Shown here: positions 28,180 through 44,331 of the stretch, piece after piece
Position numbering within the stretch: the first letter of the stretch is position 1
Layout of the letters: every line of letters starts with the position of its first letter
Origin: Octopus vulgaris
Lineage: Eukaryota
NCBI GenBank assembly: GCA_951406725.2
Contig: OX597839.1
Coordinates: forward strand, 4,402,001 to 4,466,000
Reading direction: 5' to 3'
DNA: 64,000 nt
Program-made: the position numbers and the translations under genes
Notes under the pieces: model-generated
The model's input: only the letters and a program-made list of their open reading frames with translations
What the model was told of the DNA's origin: nothing
Database searches by the model: none

Positions 28180-28823
28180 ATCAACAAACAAGAATAGGAC
28201 AAATATCCATCAAATGCAAATAAAGTAAATAAGGAAATAAAATGTCTTCATCAAGAACACAACACACAGTCCAGTCCAGGAATCGAACTCACTAGCTCAT
28301 GATTGTCATCCAGACGCTCTAACCACTGGGTAACGTACCTTTACGAAGCTATGTCAAATGACATGCCTCTACCTGTGATCAGGTATCTCATAGGTTCGTT
28401 CAATACAATACTTGGCAGAAGAATGTCTATGGCAAAAAACGGAGAATTTGATCGTCAATCAAACGAAATTTTCTTCCCGGGAAAGACACACGGCGATTTA
28501 TGTGGAATTAATTTCCTGGGGCCATACACTCTTCATACTCAGACAAATACCTGCTCAACTGAGAATACTGTAATTAGTCTTAGCCAGGTATTTTTCACCA
28601 AAAGTAAACAACACATGTGTGTATGTATGTATGTATGTATGTATGTATGTATGTATGTATGTATGTATGTATGTATGTATGTATGTATGTATGTATGTAT
28701 GTATGTATGCATGTATGTGTATGTATGTATGTATGTATGTATATGTATGTATGCATGTATGTATGTATGTATGTGTGTGTGTATGTATGTATGTATGTAT
28801 TACGTAGGTATGTATGCATGCAT

Positions 28824-28868
<45 letters not shown>

Positions 28869-28994
28869 AATTTGTCTGTCTGTCTGTCTGTCTCCGTGCA
28901 TACATGTGTGTGTGTGTATACATATATATAAACACGCATACACTTGCAAAAGCACACATACACACACAAATATATATATATATATATACATACA

Positions 28995-29030
<36 letters not shown>

Positions 29031-29068
29031 TATGTATATATGTATATATGTATATATGTATATATGTA

Positions 29069-29112
<44 letters not shown>

Positions 29113-29221
29113 CGTACGTACATACACACACACATATATATGCATACTTACAAAATTATTGATATATAAATGATGCATATATATGTGTATATATATATAT
29201 CAATATCTGTATATATATGTA

Positions 29222-29293
<72 letters not shown>

Positions 29294-29492
29294 CATTCAT
29301 TTATTCATACATACATATCAGCCCTTGTGTGTGTCTGTCCGTATATAAATAGATTGATAGATCGACATTCTGATAACGGTTCCATTTTTATTGGTCAATA
29401 GATACATCGGTTCACATACAAAATAAATTATAGAAAATAAATATATAATACATAAACAGAGAGATCAATACCCACACACACATACACAGACG

Positions 29493-29536
<44 letters not shown>

Positions 29537-29558
29537 CACACATACATACATACACACA

Positions 29559-29594
<36 letters not shown>

Positions 29595-29601
29595 TATATA
29601 C

Positions 29602-29667
<66 letters not shown>

Positions 29668-29672
29668 GAGAC

Positions 29673-29703
<31 letters not shown>

Positions 29704-29743
29704 CAATGAGACATATATATATATATATATATACATATAATGA

Positions 29744-29784
<41 letters not shown>

Positions 29785-30048
29785 GTGTGTGTGTGTGTGT
29801 ATACATACATATGTATATGTATATATATATCTACGAGTATTGATTCTTGGGTAGGTAGTTATATAGGTGTACCAATTACCAATATCATTTTATAAGAAGA
29901 AATAAATGAAATGAACGTTGCGAAGAGGAAGAAGGAAATTGGGTTAAAGCCAGAGGGGATTAATGTAAAGCCGAATAAAGATTAAAGAACTGATTGATCG
30001 AACTTACACATACTGACTTCTGTCTCTCTCCCTCTCCCCCTCTCTATG

Positions 30049-30202
<154 letters not shown>

Positions 30203-30213
30203 CGTCTACTCAG

Positions 30214-30325
<112 letters not shown>

Positions 30326-30404
30326 CTATTTTTCTATCTATATATCTATGTATCCATCCATCCATCCATCCATCCATCCATCCATCCATCTATCTATCTA
30401 TCCG

Positions 30405-30541
<137 letters not shown>

Positions 30542-30666
30542 ATTTTTCTATCTATCTATCTATGTATCCATCCATCCATCCATCCATCCATCCATCCATC
30601 CATCCATCCATCCATCCATCTATCTATCTATCTATCCATCTATCTATCTATCTATCTATCTATCTC

Positions 30667-30710
<44 letters not shown>

Positions 30711-30737
30711 GTCTATTTGTCTGTCTGTCTCTGCCTG

Positions 30738-30790
<53 letters not shown>

Positions 30791-31013
30791 CTGTCTATAT
30801 GTCTGTCTGTCTGTTTGCCTATCTATCAAGCTATGTGTCTACGTTTCTATCCCGCCCTATCTCCGTATCCATCTTGTTATCGATTTACGTTTCTACATTT
30901 TTACCTATCTTATTTATTCATATACTAACGCTCACATACTAAAAGAAATTGTTATTAGAAAAATAAAGGAAATCATTATACATACTTACATACATATATA
31001 AATATGTATACAT

Positions 31014-31046
<33 letters not shown>

Positions 31047-32092
31047 CATATACACTTTCATAAAACGTGCATATATATATATATATAGATATATACATAT
31101 ACACTTTCATGAAACGTGCATATATATATATAGATATATGCTTACATACATACATACACATGCACATGGGTATATCAACACACAACCACATACGCATGCA
31201 CAGAACTACAGGCAGGTACAGATATACAAATATATGTGCATATACATACATCATGCATACATACATACACACGTACATACAAACATATATACATACATAC
31301 ATACATACATACAAACACACATACATACATACACATACATACATACATGCATGCATACATACATATATACATACATACACACATACACACACATAGATAC
31401 ATACATACACACACATACATACACATAAACATACATACATACATACATACACATACATACATATATACATACATACACACATATATACATACATACATAC
31501 ACACACATACATACATGCATACATACATACATACACACATACATTCATACATGCATACATACACACGTGAATTCATACATTCACACATACATTCATACAT
31601 GCATACATACATACACACATACATTCATACATACATACATACACACATACATTCATAGCTACATACATACATACATAATGCATACATACATGCATACATA
31701 CATACATACACACACATACATACACACATACACACATACATACATACATACATACATACCTACATACATACATACATACATACGTCCGCGCATATAGATA
31801 TTGCTATATACTTCGGGAGCCAATAAGAGATCAAGGAATTTTGTAAAGAATAAAATTTCACATATCTCATTAAAAAAAAAAACCATTCCTACGAAAGTGA
31901 TATAAAATGGTAAAATAGCTACTGCCCCTCCCCTGCCAATCTGAAGCACGTGACTTTTACCACTACCATCTATCATCGATTAAGTAATATATATCTCCTT
32001 AAAGATGTCTCGTGGTAACTGGTGTTCGTTTTTATCGTCTGTATTTTTTTTTTCGCGCCATTTCTTTGTTTAATGATATTGTGATTAAGAAG

Positions 32093-32535
32093 AAGGCAGC
32101 GAGCTAGCAGAACCGTTAGCACGCCGGGCGAAATGCTTAGCAGTATTTCGTCTGTCGTTACGTTGTGAGTTCAAATTCCGCCGAGGTTGACTTTGCCTTT
32201 CATCCTTTCGGGGTCGATAAATTAAGTACCAGTTACGCACTGGGGTCTATGTAATCGACTTAATACATGTATCTGTCCTTGTTTGTCCCCTCTAGGTCTA
32301 GCCCCTTGTGGATAATAAAGAAATAAGTATTTCGTCTGTCTTTACGTTCTGGTTCGAGGAAAATGCTACATTTCTTCGGACTCTACGTTCTGAGTTCAAA
32401 TGCTGCCGGGGTCCACTTTGCCTTTCAACCTTTCGAGAGTCGATAAAATACGTTCTAGTTGAACACTGGGGTCCATGTATTCGACTTACTCCCATCTCCG
32501 AAATTGCTGGCCTCGTGCTACAATTTGAAACCGAT
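32093..32535 (+). mobile_element. Two tandem SINE family B units
   Basis: Homologous to the 56776-58430 units and followed by a long (ATA)n array. Confidence 0.8.
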
Positions 32536-32564
32536 ATGGAGTTGTTTGGGAGGGTCGTTACGCC

Positions 32565-32633
<69 letters not shown>

Positions 32634-32646
32634 GATGATGATGTTG

Positions 32647-32691
<45 letters not shown>

Positions 32692-32784
32692 TTAATAATT
32701 ATAATAATAATAATAATAATTATAATAAAGGTGATGATGTTGATAATAATAATAATAATAATTATAATAAAGATGATGATGTTG

Positions 32785-32828
<44 letters not shown>

Positions 32829-32925
32829 TATAATAAAGATGATGATGTTGATAATAATAATAATAATAATAATAATGATAATAATAATAATAATAATAAT
32901 AATTATAATAAAGATGATGATGTTG

Positions 32926-33001
<76 letters not shown>

Positions 33002-33022
33002 TAATAATAATAATAATAATAA
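32565..33022. repeat. (ATA)n microsatellite with a higher-order unit
   Basis: An AAG(A/G)TGATGATGTTG interruption recurs five times at ~40-100 bp spacing. Confidence 0.9.
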
Positions 33023-33679
33023 ACACACGTATTGGTTCAATTTCATTTCTTTTTTGTTAGTCCTTTGATTTAATATCTACCACCCACTCATCCAACCAAC
33101 CAATCAAATTGATTGTTTGCTTAATCTGTTCGTTGACCAATCAATCATTTATATGCTGAATCCCTTTCATCATCATTCACAACTACATCAGTGCATGCTC
33201 TCTACCCAGAGAAGTGGAATTAAACCAGTGTGTGAGTCTCTCATTATTGGAGTATTGACCCTTCCAAAATACAACAAAATTTGTTTCAAAACACGATTTC
33301 ACATCAAGAATATTGCAAGAATATGGAGTAGTTGCTGAAAATATGTGTTTTCTTTTCTGTTTTAATCAGGAGGAAAGGCAATGAACCATAACAGGGCATT
33401 GGTGACCATCGGAAGGGAAGGAAAAAGGATTGTATCTTGAGATCAAAGACCTGGCCTGAATGCTTGCAAAAAGGTCATCCAAGATGCCAGTCAATGACTT
33501 TAAAGCGGTTGGTGGATTAATTCTGGCCCCCAAGTTAGGTTAAAGCAGGAATTGAACACAGGAGGAAAAGAGGTGGAACAAATACTGCAAGTCATCTCAA
33601 CTGATGCTTTTAAATTTCCACCAACGCAACATTGTGACTGGCGCCATAACATCGAAGCCAATTCGCTGCCTGCATTATT

Positions 33680-33774
33680 TACATTATTTACATTTGACGG
33701 ATATTTGTCCTCATCTTGTTTGTATTAAAAACAAACAAGATGAGAACAAATATCCGTCCAATGTAGATAATGTA
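33680..33774. repeat. Hairpin formed from the 3' flank of the 21500/21742/28134 hammerhead family
   Basis: TACATTTGACGGATATTTGTCCTCATCTTGTTTG pairs with CAAACAAGATGAGAACAAATATCCGTCCAATGTA. The ribozyme core itself is absent. Confidence 0.85.
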
Positions 33775-34157
33775 CGTAATTCCTCATCTCTTAAATATAG
33801 AACTGAATTTGCTGCCCGTTACCATGAGAGAAAGCGGAAAATACAGACGTTTCGGGGTCAGGTCTTTTCTCAAGTAGGAGAAAGAAAACTTGCGATTCCT
33901 ACCATTTGAAGTAACTTTTTAGGAAGTACATTGGTGACATTGTGATGGTGGTGGTCGTCGTTGAACTCCTGCTCCATTCTGACTCTCCTTATTTTTCTGT
34001 CCTCCACCTATTCGATTCTTCTTCTTCTTCTTCTTCTTCTACTTCTGCTGTTGCAACTACTACTACTACTACTACTACTACTATTACTACTACTACCACC
34101 ACAACCACCACCACCACCACCACCACCACCACCACCACCACCAATACTACTACTACA

Positions 34158-34198
<41 letters not shown>

Positions 34199-34242
34199 AA
34201 CTACCACCACCACCACCACCACCACCACCACCACCACCACCA

Positions 34243-34302
<60 letters not shown>

Positions 34303-34324
34303 AACTACCACCACCACCACCACC

Positions 34325-34393
<69 letters not shown>

Positions 34394-35270
34394 GCATTAT
34401 TGCCATTTTTTGCCAACGTTTCAATTTCCTCTCTTTTAATTAAATCTACATCCCTCGATTGCCATTGTAAAAGCAGGCATAAAAGCCACAACATCAAATA
34501 GCTTTACTCGAAATCAATAAGAACTGTTAATCGCTCAACTTAACCAAATTCATAGACGGCTTTTAATAGAAAACGTCATATAATTGATATCTTTCCATGT
34601 ATCACACGTAAATGCGATAACTTTTACAGTGATTGATAGATAATTCACTACAGAAGACTGTACTTGTGTATCTATCTGTGTATAATTGTGCACTTACGTG
34701 TGTGCGTGTGTGTGCGCGTCTGTGTGTGTATCTTCGCGTATAAGCGTGTATGTGTGTGAGGGTCGGTATATTTATATGCTTGCGTGTTTTGTGATTATAA
34801 TTAAACACACGCAGATGCATACACACATATAACCAGACACGCATGTGTATCATGTATTTATGGTGGCGCATACGAGCATACATACATACGAACATACATA
34901 CAATACATACGTGCATATATACATACATGGATACATTTATACATACATATGTACATATATTAATATATGTAGCATGGTAGAGGCATAAAGATGCATGTGT
35001 ACATTTTGCATACAGGAACATGTACTTACACACACACACATACGCGGGTATATATTTGTCTAAGTACAGACATACATCTATGCATACATACATCTATACA
35101 TCTATACAAACATGCATATATATACATATATATACATATATATATATATGTGCACACACACACACGCACATATATATACATACATATATATGCATATACA
35201 TATATATATATATATGTATGTATATATATGTGTCTAAGTACAGACATACATCTATACATGTATACAAACA

Positions 35271-35336
<66 letters not shown>

Positions 35337-35896
35337 TATATACATACATATATATGCATATATATATATATGTATATATATGTGTCTAAGTACAGACATA
35401 CATCTATACAAACATGCAAATATATATATATATATGTGCACATATATATATATATATACATCCATACATATATATGAATATACATATATATATATAGATA
35501 TATATGTGTGTATGTATACATATTTATATATATATACACATACACACAAATACGTACACGCTAACACACACAAACACATATGTAATCACACACATGGCAC
35601 AATGGGGAAAATGGATAGCGGAGCTTGAGAAAAGTGACATAAGCGATATCTTAGTTTCGTGCCACGTTAGAGAAGATTTAAGAATGGCAATATCTAACAC
35701 CAAAGTGTGATTTATTTCAAAAACAGGAAACATGCACAATCTCACACACAGCCGGACGCATACAGGAATACACACTAGCACTTAACTAAATATACATGAC
35801 TCTATCGTCATATAGATATTGGTATATGCCTCCACACACACACAGACATACAAACATTCCCATACATAGACATATATACACATGCGTATATATATT

Positions 35897-35943
<47 letters not shown>

Positions 35944-36016
35944 TCAAACACGGAGATACATAACTTGATGTGTGTATATCTTTATATATACATGCACATA
36001 CATATATATACATATA

Positions 36017-36114
<98 letters not shown>

Positions 36115-36256
36115 TGTATGTATATATGTATATGCATATATACAGAGAGAGAGAGAGAGAGGGATTGATAGATAGACAGACAGATAGATAAATAGAGATA
36201 GAAGTAGAGACTCATATATATGTATATATCTTTAAACATATATTTCCATGTATGTA

Positions 36257-36292
<36 letters not shown>

Positions 36293-36442
36293 AATATAGA
36301 TGCATGCATACATATATATATACACATGTGTATGTGTTTATATATATATATTAACCTGACTTTAAATGTATGTACATGTTCATATATGCCTTTATAAATG
36401 TGGTGTGTGTGTGTGTGTATGTTGTGTGTGTGTATGTATGTA

Positions 36443-36503
<61 letters not shown>

Positions 36504-36894
36504 ATGCGTGTGTATGTATTAAAGTTGGTGTCTGAGATATTTCCGAAGACTTTAACCCATCAGTCATAAGATCCACTGCTTTCTAGTCCAAATATTTAAA
36601 GACAAAAGAAATTCCTGCGGCCATTTTGTTTTTCTTTCTATTTTCCTTTTGTTATTTCCAAACAAAAATTATAGTTAACGAGAGTCGACAGCTTGCTATA
36701 AAACATGCAGCAATACACATGCGCTGACTTAGGTGCTTCCATATGTCGGTTCCACGTGCTAGATATAGCAGCTAAATCTGCTGGAATCAGGTCTTTTCTT
36801 CTTGAAAAATTGATGCAGTTCGTAGTATTGGTTTTACGGGATGGGGGCAAGGCGATGCTGTCGAACCCAGTAATCAACTGTTACTTATCTTATC

Positions 36895-37203
36895 GTGGTG
36901 GCACATGGCCTAGTGGCTAGAGTAGCGAACTCGCGGTCGAGTAATCGCGGGTTCGAATCCATGATAGGACGATGTGTGTCTTTATGAGCGAAACACCTAA
37001 GCTGCATGCGGCTCCGGCAGAAGGTAATGGCGAACTTCTGCTGACGCTTTCGCCACAACTTTCTCTCACTCTTTCCTCCTGCATCTTGCAGCTCACCTGC
37101 GACGGACCGGCGTCGCGTCCAGGTGGGGAACCTATACGCCAAGGAAACCGGGAAACCGGCCCTTATGAGCCAGGCATGGTTCGAGAAGGAACAAACAAAC
37201 AAT
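36895..37203 (+). mobile_element. tRNA(Arg)-like SINE family C (cf. octopus OR-type SINEs)
   Basis: A-box TGGCCTAGTGG, anticodon-like CTCGCG, B-box GGTTCGAATCC and an (AAAC)n tail. Confidence 0.8.
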
Positions 37204-37941
37204 TTATGTTATCGATTCCGAAAAGCTGAAAGGCAAAATCGACCTCGGTAGCATTTGAACTCCGAATGTAAAAACGGATGAAATATTGGTAAACGTTGTC
37301 AATGGCGTGCTAACGATTCTGACTGCTCTTGAGAAAAAGAAGGAGTGATAGAGCGAGAGAGTAGAAGAGAGAGAGAAAAGGAGAGTGATATAGTAAGAGA
37401 GGGCAAGAGCGAGGAGAGAGACAAGACAGAGAGGGAGGTATGGAGATAGTAAGAGAGGACGATAGAAAGGAGAGAGAAATAGTAAGAGTTGGTGAGAGAG
37501 AGAGAAGAGAGAGAACAGCCGCAACATAAGCACAACTACCATCACTACCACCACCACCACCACCACCACCACCACCACCACCACCACCACCACCAACACC
37601 ACCGCCATCAACACAAAGAGCAACACCACAACAGTCATCTCCGCCACGGCCAACACCACCGCCACAACCATCATGGGGAAACAGCACTACAATAACAATC
37701 AACGCCCCCTACCCGCTGCTAAATGTAACCCGCCGATATATATTTCCCCTTGAACCCTATTTACTACAAGAGTAGGGTCCTCTCTCTGTCTCCCAAACAC
37801 GTGATTTAGCAAGGGGCTTCTTCAACGACTGTTGACCTTAATTCTAACATCGCTCGTATTAAGATAGTGGTTGGTTGGCTGGTTAGCTGGATGGTTGGTG
37901 GCGAGGATGGCTAAATGGATAGACATACATTGCTGCTACTG

Positions 37942-38004
<63 letters not shown>

Positions 38005-38451
38005 GGCGGGGTTGTTGGAGGAAAGAATGGATAAATCGGCGGTTATATTTCGATATATGCATTAATGTACGTCTGTGTTTATGCTGTTGTGTGTATTTGT
38101 GTGTATGTATATATATATATATATATATAGTAGAAATATGTTACGAAAAGAAAATATAAAATACACGTGGAAATGTAAGGGTAAAATACGAAAAATCAAC
38201 GAAAATGCATATTGCAAATAGAAAAAGGCTCTTTATGACAAGTAACGACAAATATATACATTTAGATTGATTGAGGTAGTAATACGAGTCATAAAGGTCA
38301 TTATTATGAGATGATTATAAGATGATAATAAAGTAAGAGAACAAAACGAACCAGTGGTTTACGTGAAGGCTATTCATCGTTTCATATATATTTATCGTTA
38401 TATATATATATATGCGTGTGTGTGTGTGTGTGTGTGTGTGTATTTGTATAT

Positions 38452-38498
<47 letters not shown>

Positions 38499-38639
38499 GT
38501 GCACAGACATATTGGCAGAATGGTTGGTGGAGGTTCGTTTTCCATGCGTTCGCAGGATGCGATGGGTAAATTGTCGCTATTTTATATTTTTAATTTCGTG
38601 CATGCGCATTGCTTGCTTTTGCTTTGTCGACTACACAGT

Positions 38640-39320
38640 ATAGTAGGGTCACTGTGTGTGAGAAAAACAGCACCATGATACAATTCACTCTGCCAGAAAT
38701 TTGGAATCGACTTGCTATACTGCTTGGCACTCGCGACGTAAACTCCAAAACGAACATTTCGGAGTGTTGGGTGTCAATCTGAGGACTGCAATCTAAGGAC
38801 CTGTACCGAAAGTGATAAAGATCAAAGATCCAGTCAACAGCATGGTGTTTGGATTGATCAGTAATGATGGAAACGTTATGCCTCCATTCATCTTCCTACA
38901 CGGCTTTAGATTCAACCTGGAGGCCTACATTCAAGTTGCTGGAGGAGGTAGTGCTGTCCTGGGCCAAGAGGGTGGCTACTGCAAGACCTTATGTCTGGCA
39001 ACAGGACTCTGCAACATGTCACACAAGCAAGAGAACCCAGGCATAGCTGTCAGATAATTTCTGCGACCACATCACCCCTAACATCTGCCCACCTAACTCC
39101 CCAGAATGAAGCCCCTTTCATTATTATGTGTGGGGCGCAGTTGAGCGAGAGATCAACAAAACTTCTTGTAACATCAAAGATGAACTGAAGGCAAGGTTTA
39201 TGGCAGCATTCACCAACTTAAATAAAGAGACCGTCCAGAAGGGTTGCAGGAGATTCCGAAGTCATCGGGAAGCCGTTGTTGAAGCCAATGGTGATTTTAT
39301 TAAATAAATTTACTCTTTAG
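38640..39320 (+). mobile_element. Tc1/mariner (DD37D-like) transposon remnant
   Basis: MVFGLISNDGNVMPPFIF and RPYVWQQDSATCH appear in shifted frames. Homologous to 12235-13085. Confidence 0.85.
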
Positions 39321-39322
39321 TA

Positions 39323-39731
39323 CTCTTACTCTTTTACTCTTTTACTTGTTTCAGTCATTTGACTGCGGCCATGCTGGAGCACCGCCTTTAATCGAGCAAC
39401 TCGACCCTGGGACTTATTCTTTGTAAGCCCAGTACTTATTCTATCGGTCTATTTTGCCGAACCGCTAAGTTACAGGGATGTAAACACACCAGCAACGGTT
39501 GCCAAGCGATGTTGGGAGGACAAACGCAGACACACAAACATATACACACACATACATATACATATATACGACGGGCTTCTTTCAGTTTCCTTTTAACAAA
39601 TCCACTCACAAGGCTTTGGTCGGCCCGAGGCTATAGCAGAAGACACTTGCCCAAGGTGCCACGCAGTGGGACTGAACCCAGAACCATGTGGTTGGTAAAC
39701 AAGCTACTTACCACACAGTCACTCTTGCGCC
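39323..39731 (-). mobile_element. SINE family A, full length
   Basis: Reverse complement of 51920-52373, including the tRNA-like head and the (GAGTAAAA)n tail. Confidence 0.9.
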
Positions 39732-39789
39732 TATTTCAAGATATTTTTATGTAATTCTGGTAAATATCTGTTTAAATGAGAGGTCAGTG

Positions 39790-40015
39790 TTATTTTCCTT
39801 TTTGTGTAATTTAGACGACAATATGTTCCCTGCACCCTGTATATGTGGCATTTGGTGAATAAGGGAATTTGATATCGCTACCCTCATTTGCACTTCCTGC
39901 CGTGAGGTAGGTTCATCAGGGACTCTGGACAAGAAGAAAACCAGTTTTGATTTGAAAACACCTACATCCACTTTGCGTAGGTCCCTCAGGATCTTTTGGA
40001 GAATATTAAAAAGCT
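39790..40015 (-). mobile_element. CR1/L2-group LINE 3' fragment
   Basis: QLFNILQKILRDLRKVDVGVFKSKLVFFLSRVPDEP matches the LFN.LP..LR......FK..LD.FL..VPD.P C-terminal motif. Confidence 0.65.
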
Positions 40016-40149
40016 GTGTATACATATATATTCAAATGTCGTTCCCAAATTGTTATATAATCTAATATTCGAATGTTGATCTTGTTAAAAGTGACGATAA
40101 GAATGAGTTTAAATGTTTTAGCCATTGCATAATGCGTATTATTCTGTTT

Positions 40150-40462
40150 AGGAGCACTCCGTCGGTTACGACGATGAGGGTCCCAGCTGATACAATCAAC
40201 GGAACAGCTTGCTCGTGGAATTTAACGTGCAAGTGGCTGAGCATTCCACAGACATGTGTACCTTTAACGTAGTTCTCGAGGAGATTCAGCGTGACACAGA
40301 GTGTGACAAGGCTGGCCCTTTGAAATACAGGTACAACAGAAACAGGAAGAAAGAGTGAGAGAAAGTTGTGGTGAAAGAGTACAGCTGGGTTCACCACCAT
40401 CCCCTGCCGGAGCCTCGTGGAGCTTTAGGTGTTTTCGCTCCACAAACACTTACAACGCCCGG
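40150..40462 (-). mobile_element. SINE related to family C (different 3' body)
   Basis: Shares GAGCGAAAACACCTAAAGCTCCACGAGGCTCCGGCAGGGG with 44332-44696. Confidence 0.7.
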
Positions 40463-40811
40463 TATTATTCTGTGTCGTGAAGACAATCAAGAGGAAAAAC
40501 TGAAATCAGGCTTTCTAAAGCAAATTATATATCATAACATTGAAAAGATTTGAGACTAAAAAAAGTAAAGACCTCATTCGGTTATGAATGACTACGGGAT
40601 TGTATCTAGAAAGTTTCCCTCTGAGGCACAAGTCCGGTGAAGTATGTTTATGGAAGGCCAACAGTCATCCATGCATGCTAACCTCCCATCAACACACCAC
40701 TGGTGGCGATGGTGACTGTCCGGTAATCGAACTCACTAACCCATGGTCGTGAGCTCGACACTCTAACTGATATATGTATATATATATATATATATATATA
40801 CATATATTACT

Positions 40812-40887
40812 AACGATCTAACTATAAAGAAAGAATGTTCTCCAGAATTTTCTCTGCAGAACATTCTTTCTTTGTAGTTAGATCGTT
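40812..40887. repeat. 30-bp-stem hairpin in a (TA)n-flanked insert
   Basis: AACGATCTAACTATAAAGAAAGAATGTTCT pairs with AGAACATTCTTTCTTTGTAGTTAGATCGTT. Confidence 0.9.
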
Positions 40888-40957
40888 TATGTTCTTCTTC
40901 TAGCATATGGTTGTCCACCTAGTGGTTTTTAGCCCTAAATATACACACATACATACA

Positions 40958-41060
<103 letters not shown>

Positions 41061-41499
41061 AACAGTATAGATAGAGATAGAGATAAGAGGATAGGGAAGT
41101 GGACGGGAGACGAAAAATGTTAGACGGAAATCAGAATGTAAGATTAAAAAAATACGAAAGATTGTAAGTGAGAAACAGAAATTAGAGGAAGTGAGAGAGA
41201 GAGAGAGAGAGAGAGAAAGAGGGGGTAGTGGTGAAAGAAAGAGTAATATAATGTTCCTAGAGGTGATGATGATGATGATGATGATGACGACAGAGATGAT
41301 GATTGCGATGAGGAGAGTGAGGAAGAAGAGGGGTGCGGCGACGACGATAGCAAATAGATATAATGAATATGTGTGAATTTGCGTGCGTCTGTTAAAAATA
41401 TGGCGTATGCGTGTGTGCTTGATATATGTTGATATAGAGATCAATATACGCGTGTGCATGTATATATGTACGTATGTATCTGTGTATATATATCTATGC

Positions 41500-41536
<37 letters not shown>

Positions 41537-41740
41537 TATATGTATGTATATATATGTATATATATATATATATATATGTGTGTGTATGTATGTATATATA
41601 TATTGTCCATGTATGAGCGTAGAGAGACGCGGGTAGAGAGAGGCGCAAAGATAAATAGTTAGATATATCAATAGATAGAAACGCACACACTAAAGTTTGT
41701 GTGCATGAGTGTGTCTAATTATATAAATACATACATATAT

Positions 41741-41771
<31 letters not shown>

Positions 41772-41840
41772 AATATTCATGTGTATGTGTGCGTGCTTGT
41801 GTGTGTGTGTGTGTGTGTGTTAGTGTGTGTATGTATGTAT

Positions 41841-41890
<50 letters not shown>

Positions 41891-41891
41891 G

Positions 41892-41948
<57 letters not shown>

Positions 41949-42816
41949 GTATATGTATATATATATATATATGAGGAAGAGAGAGACAGTGAGAGAGAGA
42001 AAGGAGGCGAGAATTGCCTGAGCATCTGGAGTGTAAAGATGGCGGACAAGATAGAATGGCAACCGAAGATAAGTGTGACATTGGTTGACATTGGATGTCG
42101 TTGGGTGCCGCTGAGGGGCGCTGCTTTCGGGAAGGAAAATTGAGGTTACCGGGTGAGCGCTTGGTTGGCGTTTTATCTTTGGTGATCAATATATAGTGAT
42201 TAGGAAATGGTGATGGTGATGATGATGATGATGATGATAGTGGTGATGATGTTGGTGGTGAATAGCGGTGATGGCAATAATTATGATTATGTTGTTGCTG
42301 TTCATGATGATAATGATGATGATGATGATCATCATCATCATAATCGTCATCATTATCATCATCATCATAATCATCAAGTTGATGGCGATGTTGACCTCTA
42401 TGATATGATGATTTTTATATTGGGAATGGAATAGCTGGGACGATCACGACGACGACGACGACGACGTTGATGATGCCGCAGCTGCCGTTGCTGCTGCTGC
42501 TGCTGATGATGATGTTGATAGTGGTGTTGATAATGATAGTGATGATTGATAAGTGTGGTGATTATTGTGATGGTGATGATGATGACGACGACGACGACGA
42601 CGATGATGAGGGGCGAGGAGATGGAGGAGGATGATGAGGACGATGATGATAATGATAAGGGTGTTGATGGTTACGGTGATGGTGAACAAGATTAGGAATA
42701 TTCTGCTGCTGTTTCTGCTGACGACGACGACGACGACGACAACGATGACGGTGACGATGACGATGACGACGATGTTGATGACGAGAGTGATAATAAATAT
42801 TACGAATACGACGCCG

Positions 42817-42892
<76 letters not shown>

Positions 42893-43165
42893 AACTACAA
42901 CTTCCACTTCTGTTGCCGATGAGGATAATGATGATGATAAAATTATACAAATAAGCGAATGCATAAATGTATAAATACGTAAACATATAAACGAAATAAA
43001 GTGATAATTCGAATGCAGCGATGATTGGATATCCGCCATCACAATCAGATAAGAAGCAAATCTAGTTATGATGGTAATGTCGCCGACGACAGAGGAGTTT
43101 TTGTTTGGGAAACGGTTTTTGTTTTAGTTTGCTACAGTGTTTGTTGTTGTTGTAATACTGCTGCT

Positions 43166-43215
<50 letters not shown>

Positions 43216-43459
43216 ATGGTAGTAGAAGTAGTGATGGTGGTAGAAGTAGTAGTAGTTGAAGTAGTAGTATTAGTAGTATTAGTATTAGTATTAGTAGTAG
43301 TAGTAGTGGTGGTGGTGGTGGTGGTTGGTGGAAATGGTGGTGGTAGTAGTAGTAGTGGTGGTGGTGGAAGTGGTGGTGGTAGTAGTAGTAGTAATAGTAG
43401 TAGTAGTAGTGGTGGCGGTAGTGGTGGTGGTGGAAGTGGTGGTAGTAGTAGTAGTGGTG

Positions 43460-43495
<36 letters not shown>

Positions 43496-43750
43496 ATAGT
43501 AGTAGTAGTTGTAGTAGTAGTTTTTCGTTGTTATTGTAGAAGTAATTTATTATCGTTGTTTGTGCATAATGTCGATGTAGTAGCAATAGTAGCTGTAGTA
43601 GTAGTAGTAGTAGTAGCAACAACAATGGAAGTAGTATTAGTAGTAACAGTAGTAATAGTAGTAGTTGTTTCATTTATGCTTGTTATAGTATTTGTATCTG
43701 TTCTTACAGTTATGTTGCTTTTGCAACATGTACATGTAGTAGTAGTAGCT

Positions 43751-43814
<64 letters not shown>

Positions 43815-43827
43815 CATTATTATTACG

Positions 43828-43989
43828 ACCTGAGTTCAAATTCCGCCGAGGTCGACTTTGCCTTTCATCCTTTCGGTCGATAAATTAAGTACCAGTTTCG
43901 CACTGGGGTCGATGTAATCGACTTAATTCCTTTGTCTGTCCTTGTTTATCCCCTCTATGTTTAGCCCCTTGTGGGCAGTAAAGAAATAA
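43828..43989 (+). mobile_element. SINE family B, 5'-truncated, within (ATT)n
   Basis: Near-identical to 56848-57008. Confidence 0.85.
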
Positions 43990-44037
43990 ATTATTATTAT
44001 TATTATGATGATGATGATGATTATTATTATTATTTTG

Positions 44038-44101
<64 letters not shown>

Positions 44102-44206
44102 GTAGTAGTAGTAGTAGTAATGGCATTATTAGTAAATTTTGCATATATGTTCATAGTTTTTGTGGTTATATCTGTTGTATTTACGTTGCATGTGCATGAT
44201 GTAGAG

Positions 44207-44246
<40 letters not shown>

Positions 44247-44331
44247 CAGCAGCAGCAGCAGCAGAAGCAGTAGTAGTAGTGGTAGTTGTAGAAGTAGCCG
44301 TAGTACTAAGATTAGTAACAGCAGCAGCAGT

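Noticed and set aside
36895-36965. tRNA-like sequence with A/B boxes (also at 44332 and 51920)
   Set aside because: These are SINE heads that continue into SINE bodies, with no complete cloverleaf acceptor stem.
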